Under the pieces are notes generated by a model, which saw only the letters and a program-made list of their open reading frames with translations, did not search any database and had not been told where the DNA came from. DNA of 64,000 nucleotides. Source: an uncultured Clostridia bacterium (GTDB lineage Bacteria; Bacillota; Clostridia; TANB77; CAG-508). The position numbers and the translations under genes were made by a program. The stretch spans positions 2,959 through 66,958 of the forward strand of contig CANQPF010000001.1 in the NCBI GenBank assembly GCA_947625665.1, in the 5' to 3' direction. The first letter of the stretch is position 1. Each line of letters begins with the position of its first letter. Below are positions 50,664-59,479 of this stretch, one piece after another.

Positions 50664-50762
50664 ATTATTTTTTATTAAATTAAAAAGCTACTCCCATAAG
50701 AAAAAGAAACAAATATTTCATTTTCGTTACAAATTTATTACTATTTTATGTTTTTTTATCAA

Positions 50763-50800
50763 GTACAAAAAAGTAGCAAGATAAATACTATCTTACTACT
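50763..50800 (-). terminator. Intrinsic terminator of ispE
   Basis: Minus-strand hairpin AGTAGTAAGATA-GTATT-TATCTTGCTACT (one mismatch) plus TTTTT. Confidence 0.6.
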
Positions 50801-50832
50801 TTTAACAATACTAAATTTTAACTTTTAATTGT

Positions 50833-51711
50833 TTACATATAATCTTTTTTTGAGTTATATGAAATACATATATATGTTTTATACTTTTCTTTTAATTTGT
50901 TATATGCCCTTTTAGCTATCTCTTTATTTTTAAATATTCCAAAAACACAAGATCCTGAACCTGTCATCATACTTTGAACTGCATCTAAAGAAAGTAATTC
51001 TTGTTTTATAATACGTATTATATCATTTTTTTCTATAATTACATCTTCAAACGCGTTATACATATTATCTCTCAAATCTTCAATATTTCCATTTTGTAGA
51101 GCCTCCACTATTTCGTTAGTTTTGTCTTTTTGTTTTATTCCTTCTTCTGAATCAATTTTTTGGAACATTTCCTTAGTATCGCAATTCAATTCTGGTTTTA
51201 TCACTACTATATAATATTTTAAATTTGTGTTCAATGGTGTTACTATGTTTCCTATACCTTCTGCAAGCAAAGCTTTATTATATAAACATGGAACTACATC
51301 TGCTCCTATTTCTTTACTTATATTTTCGACTTCTTTTTTTTCCATATTTAACTTAAACAATTTATTCATGGCTAAAATAAAACTTGCTCCATCTGTGCTC
51401 CCTCCTGCCATTCCAGCTTGCATAGGAATATTTTTCTTTAATAAGACTCTTATCCCGCAATTAATCTTACTTCCATATAATTCTTTTAATTTTTCATATA
51501 CCTTATAAATAATATTTTCTTTATTATTCAAGGATTCTACATTTGTCTCTAAAATAAACTGATCTTCATCTATTTTATTTATATATAACTCATCATATAA
51601 ATTAACCTTTTGAAATACAGATTTCAAATTGTGATAATTATCTTCTCTTTTATTTAATATTAATAAATTTAAATTGATTTTTGCCCTTGCTTTAGTGTAA
51701 ATTTTATTCAT
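50833..51711 (-). CDS. ispE: 4-diphosphocytidyl-2-C-methyl-D-erythritol kinase
   Basis: GHMP kinase motif PMQAGMAGGSTDGAS and N-terminal KINLNLLIL. Confidence 0.85.
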   Translation of the reverse strand: MNKIYTKARAKINLNLLILNKREDNYHNLKSVFQKVNLYDELYINKIDEDQFILETNVESLNNKENIIYKVYEKLKELYGSKINCGIRVLLKKNIPMQAGMAGGSTDGASFILAMNKLFKLNMEKKEVENISKEIGADVVPCLYNKALLAEGIGNIVTPLNTNLKYYIVVIKPELNCDTKEMFQKIDSEEGIKQKDKTNEIVEALQNGNIEDLRDNMYNAFEDVIIEKNDIIRIIKQELLSLDAVQSMMTGSGSCVFGIFKNKEIAKRAYNKLKEKYKTYICISYNSKKDYM

Positions 51712-51722
51712 TTATCTTCTCC

Positions 51723-52592
51723 TTATAAATATGGATTCCACTTATAAATTAAATCTTTGCTAACATTCATATTTCCAGTTCCTACTCCAAGTTTTATATC
51801 TGGTTTTTTATCTCCATGACAATCTGTACCTGCTGACATTAATAAATTATATTTCTTACAATATTTTTTTAGTGTGTCGATCTGTTCTTCATTAAAACTT
51901 GAATGACATACTTCTACTCCATCTATAATTCCATCTTCTCTCAATTTATCTAAGAATTCTATTTTGTTGTCCATATGGTATCTATATAAATGTGCAACAA
52001 ACATCTTTCCTCCTGCTTTTCTTATTTTGTCAGCAACGTCTTTTGCATTAGGAAATATTGATTCTACATTTATATATACTGGGAATTTTTTGTTAGTTAC
52101 GCAACGCTCAAAATATCCTCGTTCCATATTCCATTCTTCATCTGTAAAATACTTTTTGTTTTCAAGATGTTTTTTTATTTCTGGAAAAATAACTTCTACT
52201 GGCCATCCCATTGTTTTGTCATACTTTAAATTTCCAATTTTTATATTATTTTTTTTACAACTTTCACACATAAGTCTAAATTCTTCTTTTACGTCTAATT
52301 TTCTTTCTTCACATTCTTTCGTTACCCACTCTTCGACCTTTTTATAATCAAATCCATAGCCTAATAAGTGAAAATATATTCCATCATGTACCACACTAAA
52401 CTCTGTTCCAGGTATTAACTTTCCTGTATAGATATCACCATAATTCATATTTGCTAACTCTTTTTGTCCTTTGATTGTATCATGGTCTGTTACCGCTAGC
52501 ACTTCAATATTGGCTTTTTCTGCTTCTTCTAGCATTTTTTTCATGCTCCATGTACCATCAGAAAAATTTGTATGAGTATGTAAATCAATCAT
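51723..52592 (-). CDS. PHP-domain phosphoesterase
   Basis: MIDLHTHTNFSDGT...VLAVTDHDT PHP motifs I and II. 289 aa. Confidence 0.7.
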   Translation of the reverse strand: MIDLHTHTNFSDGTWSMKKMLEEAEKANIEVLAVTDHDTIKGQKELANMNYGDIYTGKLIPGTEFSVVHDGIYFHLLGYGFDYKKVEEWVTKECEERKLDVKEEFRLMCESCKKNNIKIGNLKYDKTMGWPVEVIFPEIKKHLENKKYFTDEEWNMERGYFERCVTNKKFPVYINVESIFPNAKDVADKIRKAGGKMFVAHLYRYHMDNKIEFLDKLREDGIIDGVEVCHSSFNEEQIDTLKKYCKKYNLLMSAGTDCHGDKKPDIKLGVGTGNMNVSKDLIYKWNPYL

Positions 52593-52604
52593 TTTATTTC
52601 CTCC

Positions 52605-53333
52605 TTATACTATTTCTTTAAATACTTTTCCTAATCCTTGGTTTATTACTAAATCTGCTTTATTATCAAATGTTGTTTGATCCTTATTAATCAAAACCAA
52701 ATTTCTTCCTCTAAAATAATTTATCAATCCACTTGCTGGATAAACTGTCAATGAAGTCCCTGCAACAATTAGTAAGTCAGCATTATAAATTGCTTCAATT
52801 GAATTTCTAATAGTTTTGTCGTCTAATCCTTCTTCGTATAGAACAACATCTGGTTTAATTATTCCTCCACATTCACATGTAGGTATTTCATCCTTGTTGT
52901 CAAATATAAATTTTCCATCATAAAATTTATTGCATTTCATACAATAATTTCTTAATACACTTCCATGCAATTCGAATACATTCTTTGATCCAACTTTTTG
53001 ATGTAATCCATCTATATTTTGAGTAATTATTGCTTTAACTTTCCCTTTTTGCTCTAATTCAGCTAACTTAATATGTGTTATATTTGGTTCATATTTTAGC
53101 GAATTCATCTTTTCTCTATAAAACTTATAAAATTCTTTTGTGTTATGCATAAAAAAGGTATGACTTAATATTTCTTCTGGTGGATACTTATATTTTTGAT
53201 TATATAATCCGTCTTTACTTCTAAAGTCAGGTATTCCACTTTCTGTTGAAACTCCTGCGCCTCCGAAAAAAACTATATTGTTACTTTCCTCTATCATTTT
53301 TTTTAATTTTTCAATTTCTTTCTCCATAACCAA
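52605..53333 (-). CDS. cobB: NAD-dependent protein deacylase (Sir2 family)
   Basis: GAGVSTESGIPDFR, the Zn-binding CxxC...CxxC (CMKCNK...CECGG), and the QNIDGLH motif. Confidence 0.85.
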   Translation of the reverse strand: MVMEKEIEKLKKMIEESNNIVFFGGAGVSTESGIPDFRSKDGLYNQKYKYPPEEILSHTFFMHNTKEFYKFYREKMNSLKYEPNITHIKLAELEQKGKVKAIITQNIDGLHQKVGSKNVFELHGSVLRNYCMKCNKFYDGKFIFDNKDEIPTCECGGIIKPDVVLYEEGLDDKTIRNSIEAIYNADLLIVAGTSLTVYPASGLINYFRGRNLVLINKDQTTFDNKADLVINQGLGKVFKEIV

Positions 53334-53356
53334 TCACCTTTCCTTTATTTATCGGG

Positions 53357-53387
53357 GAGAAAAAAGACAGCAAGTGCTGTCTTCTCT
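53357..53387 (-). terminator. Intrinsic terminator of ispD
   Basis: Minus-strand hairpin GACAGCA-CTT-GCTGTC plus TTTTTTCTC. Confidence 0.55.
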
Positions 53388-54077
53388 TTACTTACCCTTG
53401 TTTATTATTCCTTTAATAACACCTAAATCATTAGCTGTTGTAATTTTTATATTTGTATAATCTCCTTCTATAACTTTTATCTTATAATTATCTTTTTCTA
53501 ATAGCATACAATCATCTGTAACTTCTTCGTCCTTATATTTTTCATGCATTTTTAATAATGTTTTTCTTTCAAAACATTGAGGTGTTTGAATTGCCCATGT
53601 ATTACTTCTTTGTGTTGAATTTACTACAACATTATTATCATTAGCTATCTTTATTGTGTCTGTTGCTTTAACTCCCATTGTAACTCCTTTGAATTCATCC
53701 ATACTTTCAATACATTTATCTATATATTCTTGTCTTATTACAGGTCTCGCTCCATCATGAATAATTACAATATCAGAGTCTGTTTCTTTTATTGCATTAT
53801 ATACAGAATCTTTTCTTTCTCCACCACCAAAAACTATATTTGCCTGTTTACTAAGATTTTGTCTAGATATTATTTGTTTTACATTTTCGACTTCGTTTGG
53901 TTTTGTAGCAATAATTATATTATCTATATAATTATTTTTATTAAACTCATTTAAGCTATATGATAGTACAGTATTTTCTTCGTTTATCGCTTCAAAGTTT
54001 TTATTTCTGTTTTTTCCGTATCTAATACTGTCACCTGCTGCTAATATTATAGCTGTAACCTTCTTTCCTTTTATCAA
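53388..54077 (-). CDS. ispD: 2-C-methyl-D-erythritol 4-phosphate cytidylyltransferase
   Basis: AIILAAGDSIRYG and VIIHDGARP motifs. 229 aa. Confidence 0.85.
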   Translation of the reverse strand: MIKGKKVTAIILAAGDSIRYGKNRNKNFEAINEENTVLSYSLNEFNKNNYIDNIIIATKPNEVENVKQIISRQNLSKQANIVFGGGERKDSVYNAIKETDSDIVIIHDGARPVIRQEYIDKCIESMDEFKGVTMGVKATDTIKIANDNNVVVNSTQRSNTWAIQTPQCFERKTLLKMHEKYKDEEVTDDCMLLEKDNYKIKVIEGDYTNIKITTANDLGVIKGIINKGK

Positions 54078-54205
54078 AATAAGTTCCTCCTAAAAAATTG
54101 CAGAGCACATTTTCTGCACCCTGCATAGCTCTTAAATGTTACACTCATTATACTAAATATGTATTTTTTTGTCAACTTTTATAACAATGAGTTTTTCCTT
54201 ATTCC

Positions 54206-54880
54206 TTACTGAAAAATATTTTTTATTGCTTTCTTACGTATCCTTTGTATTGCATTATCTACTGACTTTACAGGAGAATCCAATTTTTTTGCTATTGTTA
54301 CATAACTTTCCCCTTTTATAAATCTATCTAAAACTTGTTTTTCAAATTTACTTAGAGATTTTTCTATTGAATCTTGTATTTCTTGATAATATTCTTTTTT
54401 CATTATAGTCTCTAATGGATCTTCTATCAAATGACTATCAAAAGTGTCTATCAATTCGACACTTTCTTCATCATTTTCATAAGCAGAAGTATTTAGAGAT
54501 AAGTAAGAATTTAATGGAATATGTTTTTGTCTATTTGATGTTTTTATAGCTGTTATCAATTGTCTTTCAATACATATATTAGCAAATGTTTTAAAAGAAC
54601 TCTCTTTATCAGCATCAAAACTTTTTATAGCTTTAAACAAACCAATCATTCCTTCTTGCAATATATCATCTTTCTCTCCACCTATTATAAAGAACTTGCT
54701 AACCTTAACATTTACTAATTCTTTATATTTAGTTAATAAGTATGTTAAAGCTTGTTCATCACCATTTTTTATATATGATATTATTTCTTCATCTGTTTTA
54801 TCATTGTACATATCTGCGAAATAAAATTTTTCCTGTTTTTGCATATATTTAAGTACCTCCATGCAGTTATCTCTCTGCAA
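54206..54880 (-). CDS. sigH: RNA polymerase sporulation sigma factor SigH
   Basis: Colinear with B. subtilis SigH: DDILQEGMIGLFKAIKSFD...FKTFANICIERQLITAIKTSNRQKHIPLNSY and C-terminal VKSVDNAIQRIRKK. Confidence 0.85.
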   Translation of the reverse strand: MQRDNCMEVLKYMQKQEKFYFADMYNDKTDEEIISYIKNGDEQALTYLLTKYKELVNVKVSKFFIIGGEKDDILQEGMIGLFKAIKSFDADKESSFKTFANICIERQLITAIKTSNRQKHIPLNSYLSLNTSAYENDEESVELIDTFDSHLIEDPLETIMKKEYYQEIQDSIEKSLSKFEKQVLDRFIKGESYVTIAKKLDSPVKSVDNAIQRIRKKAIKNIFQ

Positions 54881-55004
54881 CCATTATATATTCGTATTTT
54901 TTTAAAGTCAAGCAGTTTTTAGCTATTTATTGACTTTATTTTTAAAAATAACAAATTTAACCCACCAACTCAATATAAGTAAAATTGAGTTAATGGGTTA
55001 AACC

Positions 55005-56726
55005 TTATTTATTAAGTTCTTGTTTGATTATTTGCCATATATTCTCTGTTTCCATTCCTTTTTGCCATTCTGCAACTCCAGTCAAATTATTTTCAGTTAT
55101 TAGAGATAGTTTTTGTTTTAATGAATCTTCATCTTCTACCCACATTTTCATTGTAAATCCTTTATTTTCATATTCTACATATTTTTGTTTTAATTCATCA
55201 TCCCATTTTGCTTTAATCCCTTGTGGTAATGTTGAATCTATATCTTTCATATTAACAATTTTACTTGTTGCTTTTCCGTCATCTCCTTCTGCCCATAATC
55301 TCGTATAGAATGGTATTCCTAATATTATTTTATCTGAACTTATCTCTTCTGTCGTTAAAAATTTTTCTAAACTCAATTTTACCCAATCATATCCCGCAGT
55401 TGTACCTGCTTTGGTACTTGATGTTCCATATTGATCATATCCCATAAATACAATGTAGTCTGCTACATTTCCTATTATATGTCTATCAAAGCACAATGAC
55501 CAGGTTTCTCCTCCATCAGGAGCTGTAACATCAACTGATGTAACATCTCCATTTTCTTTTAGTCTAGGTGTCAATTCTATGATAAATCTAGAAAATAAAT
55601 CTATATCTTCTTGTTTCATGTTTTCAAAATCTACATTTATTCCATCTAAATTATATTCAACACATAAATCTGAAATATTTTCTATTATTTGTTTTCTTTT
55701 ATTATAATCATTCATAATTTCTGATGTCACATCCATCATGTTTTCTCCTGCATTTGAAAACATAGGCCATACTTTATATCCATTTGCATGCGCCCATTGT
55801 ATATATTTTTCTCCTGCTCCACCTATATTAACCATTATTTCACCTTTATCAGTAAGATGGAAAAATGATGGTGAAACGACATTTACTCCGTCAATTCTTG
55901 TTCCGACTCTATCTGGTGCTTCTTTAGATTCTGAGAAATAATCCCAAATCAAATTTATCTTACCTTCAACTTGCTTTTCTTCTCCCATATCTTGCCTTAC
56001 TGTTATTTCATTATCAAGTTTTTTAGTTTTTATAAATCCAATTCTTCCATCTGCTGTCCTTACTCTTGTCCATCCATCTTCCATGTCTTTTATTTTGACA
56101 ACAGATTCACCTTTTCTTACTCTAGCAATTGTTTTTGAAATAAAGTTCCTTGAAGATTTTACTGCTAGATTTTTCTTTACTGTACATTTCTTTTGCTCTC
56201 TATCTAAAGAATCCATTATTATTATTTTTGTATCTTCATTATATTCAATATCTATTCCATATATATCTTTCATTTCAGAGATAGGTAAATAAACTTGTCC
56301 ATTTTCATTTTTAGCTCCTGCTTTAATTTTTACATCAGAACCATTTATATTTATTGTGTTGTTTTCAAATCCTATTTCTGCTATTTTCTTATCATAAGTT
56401 GTAACTACCATATTGTCTATTTGATAGATATAATTGTCAAAGAAGTTTTGTATATCTGGTTCTGATAAATAAATTATATTATTTTCTATTAAAATGTCAT
56501 TTTTTAAATTATTCGTTATATTATTGTTATTTATTACTAAATTTATTTTTTTATTTTTTCCCAATATAATATACTCGTTCAATATAAGAGCTAATATTAT
56601 TAATAATATTATAGCTATAGTAACTATCACTATTTTTTTTGTTTTTTTATTGTTTACTGCTCTTGTTTTCCCCATGTTTATTACCATTCCTCTCTTCTGT
56701 TTATTTTTAATTTTAAGTGTCTTCAT
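55005..56726 (-). CDS. Glycoside hydrolase family 18 protein with a bacterial SH3 domain (spore peptidoglycan hydrolase YaaH/YdhD-like)
   Basis: N-terminal TM helix, SH3b-like segment (KSSRNFISKTIARVRKGESVVKIKDMEDGWTRVRTADGRIGFIKTKKL), and GH18 catalytic motif LDGINVDFE. Confidence 0.7.
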   Translation of the reverse strand: MKTLKIKNKQKRGMVINMGKTRAVNNKKTKKIVIVTIAIILLIILALILNEYIILGKNKKINLVINNNNITNNLKNDILIENNIIYLSEPDIQNFFDNYIYQIDNMVVTTYDKKIAEIGFENNTININGSDVKIKAGAKNENGQVYLPISEMKDIYGIDIEYNEDTKIIIMDSLDREQKKCTVKKNLAVKSSRNFISKTIARVRKGESVVKIKDMEDGWTRVRTADGRIGFIKTKKLDNEITVRQDMGEEKQVEGKINLIWDYFSESKEAPDRVGTRIDGVNVVSPSFFHLTDKGEIMVNIGGAGEKYIQWAHANGYKVWPMFSNAGENMMDVTSEIMNDYNKRKQIIENISDLCVEYNLDGINVDFENMKQEDIDLFSRFIIELTPRLKENGDVTSVDVTAPDGGETWSLCFDRHIIGNVADYIVFMGYDQYGTSSTKAGTTAGYDWVKLSLEKFLTTEEISSDKIILGIPFYTRLWAEGDDGKATSKIVNMKDIDSTLPQGIKAKWDDELKQKYVEYENKGFTMKMWVEDEDSLKQKLSLITENNLTGVAEWQKGMETENIWQIIKQELNK

Positions 56727-56770
56727 TGTATATTAACTTTTAAAATAAAGCAACAATTTTGTCAAATTTT

Positions 56771-58870
56771 TTAAATTCTTATAGTATTAAAAATGGTAAT
56801 AAGTGTTACACCTACATCTGCAAATACTGCTTGCCACATATCTGCTAATCCAAATAAATCTAATATCATAATTATTATTTTAATAGAAATAGCAAATACT
56901 AAATTTTGTTTAATTATTTTATTAGTTTTCTTTGAAATATTTATTGCGTCAACTATCTTATTTATTTCATCTGTCATTATAACTACATCAGATGCTTCAA
57001 TGGCTGAACTCGATCCTATTCCCCCCATTGAAATTCCAATATCTGCTCTTGCTAATACTGGACTATCATTTATTCCATCTCCTACATAAGCTACTTTTTC
57101 TGAAGTCTTTAACTCTTGTTCTAAAGCTTTGTATTTATCTGTTGGTAACATTTCAGATTTTACTTCACCTATTCCGATTTCTTTTCCTATTTTATCAGCT
57201 ATTTCCTTTTTATCTCCTGTAAACATTTTTGTAATAATATGTTTTTTATGTAATTGTTGTATTGTTGATTTTGTTCCTTTTTTTATCTGGTCACTTAATA
57301 CTATCTCTCCAATAATATCATCATCCGCTTTTACATATAATGTTGTTCCTAATTTTACTTTTTCTTTATTATTTTCCTTAGCAATGTTATCTCTAATTCT
57401 ACTTATGAATTTTAAATTTCCGACCTTTATAAGTTTTCCATCATATTTATATTGTATTCCTTTACCTGAAACTTCTTTAAATTCAGTTACATTTTTTGTA
57501 TCTATATCTTCTATTCTTAATTCTGCTTTTACTTTTCTCACTATTGACTCTGCTAGGGGATGTTTTGATAGACTTTCTCCTACTCCTAAATATGTTAAAA
57601 TTTGTTTCTTTGTATAATTATTATCTAGAATTTTAAATTTAGTTACTACAAATTTTCCTGTTGTTATAGTTCCTGTTTTATCAAAAATTATTTTTTTTAC
57701 ATCTTTTATTCCGTCAAGATAGTCACTACCTTTAATCAAAATCCCTTTTTTAGATGCTCTTCCTATACCAGTAAAATATGAAAGTGGTACAGAAATCGCT
57801 ATAGAACATGGACAAGAAATAACTAAAAATATTAAGGCTTTATATATACTTTCACTATAATTTACTTTACTAAATATTATTGGCATCCCAATTGCTACAA
57901 GTATTGCTAAAAAAATAACAATAGGTGTATAGATTTTAGCAACTTTTGCAACAAATGTCTCCGTTTTAGCTTTTTTATCAGTTGCATTTTCAACTAAATT
58001 CAATATTTGACTAACAGTACTATCTTCGTAAGTTTTATTAACCTTAACTTCTATTATTCCAGCAACATTTATTCCCCCAGATATAACAGTTGAATTTTTA
58101 CGTACTCTTACATATTTAGTTTCTCCTGTTAAAGCTGAATTATCTAACTCAGTCTCTCCTTTTATTACAACTCCATCAAGAGGTATTTTTTCTCCTACTT
58201 TAATAACAATAGTATCTCCTACTTTTACTTTCTCTGGATCTACTTTTTTTATTCTTCCTTTTATTCTTAGGTTTGCATATTGTGGTTTTATATCCATTAA
58301 ATCAGAAATAGATTTTCTAGTAGTATTAATAGCTTTTGATTCCAATATTTTTCCAATTTCATATAGAGTGATAACCATTATTGCTTCAAAACCTTTATTT
58401 ACAAAATATGCACCAATGCATGAAATAACTATTAACATATTTTCATCTAACACTTTATTTTTTAACAGTTGTATTATTGCCTTTTTTGTTGTTTTACATA
58501 GCAATAAAACTAGTGCAATTATTAAACATATATTAGCAAAATTTCTTCCCATATCTGCAAATATGCCAAATCCAAATATTAATAAAGCTAAAGCTATACG
58601 ACTAATATCAGTACTAGTTCTTTCAGTATTTTGTATATTTTCACCTACCTCATGAAGAGTAACTCCTGATTCTACAGTTCTTATTTCTTTTTGTAAATTA
58701 GCTTTTATGTTTTTTGTCTCATTTGCCTTTAAAGATATTTTTGATGTTGCAAAATTCACAACTACATCTTGATATTTATCCATTTTCTGCAAATGTTCTT
58801 CCACTTCTCTTGCACAATTTGCACAATCTAATCCTTTTATAATAAATCTATAGCTCTTCAATATGTTCAC
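56771..58870 (-). CDS. cadA: Heavy-metal (Cd/Zn/Co-type) translocating P1B-type ATPase
   Basis: N-terminal HMA domain GLDCANCAREVE, the CPC transport motif (ISCPCSIAIS), DKTGTIT phosphorylation site, and GDGINDSPVLARAD. Confidence 0.85.
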   Translation of the reverse strand: MNILKSYRFIIKGLDCANCAREVEEHLQKMDKYQDVVVNFATSKISLKANETKNIKANLQKEIRTVESGVTLHEVGENIQNTERTSTDISRIALALLIFGFGIFADMGRNFANICLIIALVLLLCKTTKKAIIQLLKNKVLDENMLIVISCIGAYFVNKGFEAIMVITLYEIGKILESKAINTTRKSISDLMDIKPQYANLRIKGRIKKVDPEKVKVGDTIVIKVGEKIPLDGVVIKGETELDNSALTGETKYVRVRKNSTVISGGINVAGIIEVKVNKTYEDSTVSQILNLVENATDKKAKTETFVAKVAKIYTPIVIFLAILVAIGMPIIFSKVNYSESIYKALIFLVISCPCSIAISVPLSYFTGIGRASKKGILIKGSDYLDGIKDVKKIIFDKTGTITTGKFVVTKFKILDNNYTKKQILTYLGVGESLSKHPLAESIVRKVKAELRIEDIDTKNVTEFKEVSGKGIQYKYDGKLIKVGNLKFISRIRDNIAKENNKEKVKLGTTLYVKADDDIIGEIVLSDQIKKGTKSTIQQLHKKHIITKMFTGDKKEIADKIGKEIGIGEVKSEMLPTDKYKALEQELKTSEKVAYVGDGINDSPVLARADIGISMGGIGSSSAIEASDVVIMTDEINKIVDAINISKKTNKIIKQNLVFAISIKIIIMILDLFGLADMWQAVFADVGVTLITIFNTIRI

Positions 58871-59201
58871 GTCCTTTCTTTACAATCTGTGCTATATGTT
58901 CATCATCTAAACTATAATAAACAACTTTACCTTCTTTACGATATTTTACTAGTTTAGATTGTTTTAATATCCTTAGTTGATGGGATATTGCAGATTGTGT
59001 AGTCATCACTATATTTGCTATATCACATACACATAATTCCTCTTTCATTAGAGCATATATTATTTTCATTCTTGTTGAATCTGCAAATACTTTAAAAAAT
59101 TCAGCTAAATCATAAATCAAATCATCTTTAGGCATTGTTTTTTTTACTTTTTCTACAGTATCTTCGTGCATGACAGTACACTCATAAATATTATCTTCCA
59201 T
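58848..59201 (-). CDS. cadC: ArsR/SmtB-family metalloregulator (CadC-like)
   Basis: ELCVCDIANI metal-binding and HTH region, and QSAISHQLRILK recognition helix. A GGAGA RBS precedes the ATG at 59201. The 3' end overlaps cadA by 23 nt. Confidence 0.8.
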   Translation of the reverse strand: MEDNIYECTVMHEDTVEKVKKTMPKDDLIYDLAEFFKVFADSTRMKIIYALMKEELCVCDIANIVMTTQSAISHQLRILKQSKLVKYRKEGKVVYYSLDDEHIAQIVKKGREHIEEL

Positions 59202-59406
59202 ATTTTTCTCCTTCCTGTACAGTGAACTATACCATCTCTTATATTTCACTTGAACAAAATTTTATTTAATTTATTTTATGTTTATATATGATTATATGTT
59301 CATATATTTATTTTAGCCTTTTTAATTATTCCTGTCAATATTTTTATTTAAATTTTAGAAAATGTTATATTCCCGTAATATTTGTATATACTTTCCTATA
59401 CATACA

Positions 59407-59438
59407 AAAAAGCGAATCTTTTTTTAAGATTCGCTTTT
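59407..59438. terminator. Bidirectional intrinsic terminator
   Basis: AAAAGCGAATCTT-TTTTT-AAGATTCGCTTTT lies downstream of the large surface-protein gene. Confidence 0.7.
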
Positions 59439-59479
59439 CTATATATTTTTACAGAGATATTATTTCGGCTTTGTATATA

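Noticed and set aside
50763-50800. Inverted repeat AGTAGCAAGATA/TATCTTACTACT upstream of nrdD, considered as a regulator site
   Set aside because: On the minus strand it is followed by a T-run and sits immediately downstream of the ispE stop. It is better explained as the ispE intrinsic terminator.
56793-58655. Several plus-strand ORFs (98, 76, 162 and 95 aa) overlapping cadA
   Set aside because: They are antisense to the P-type ATPase gene and consist of hydrophobic low-complexity translations of AT-rich sequence.
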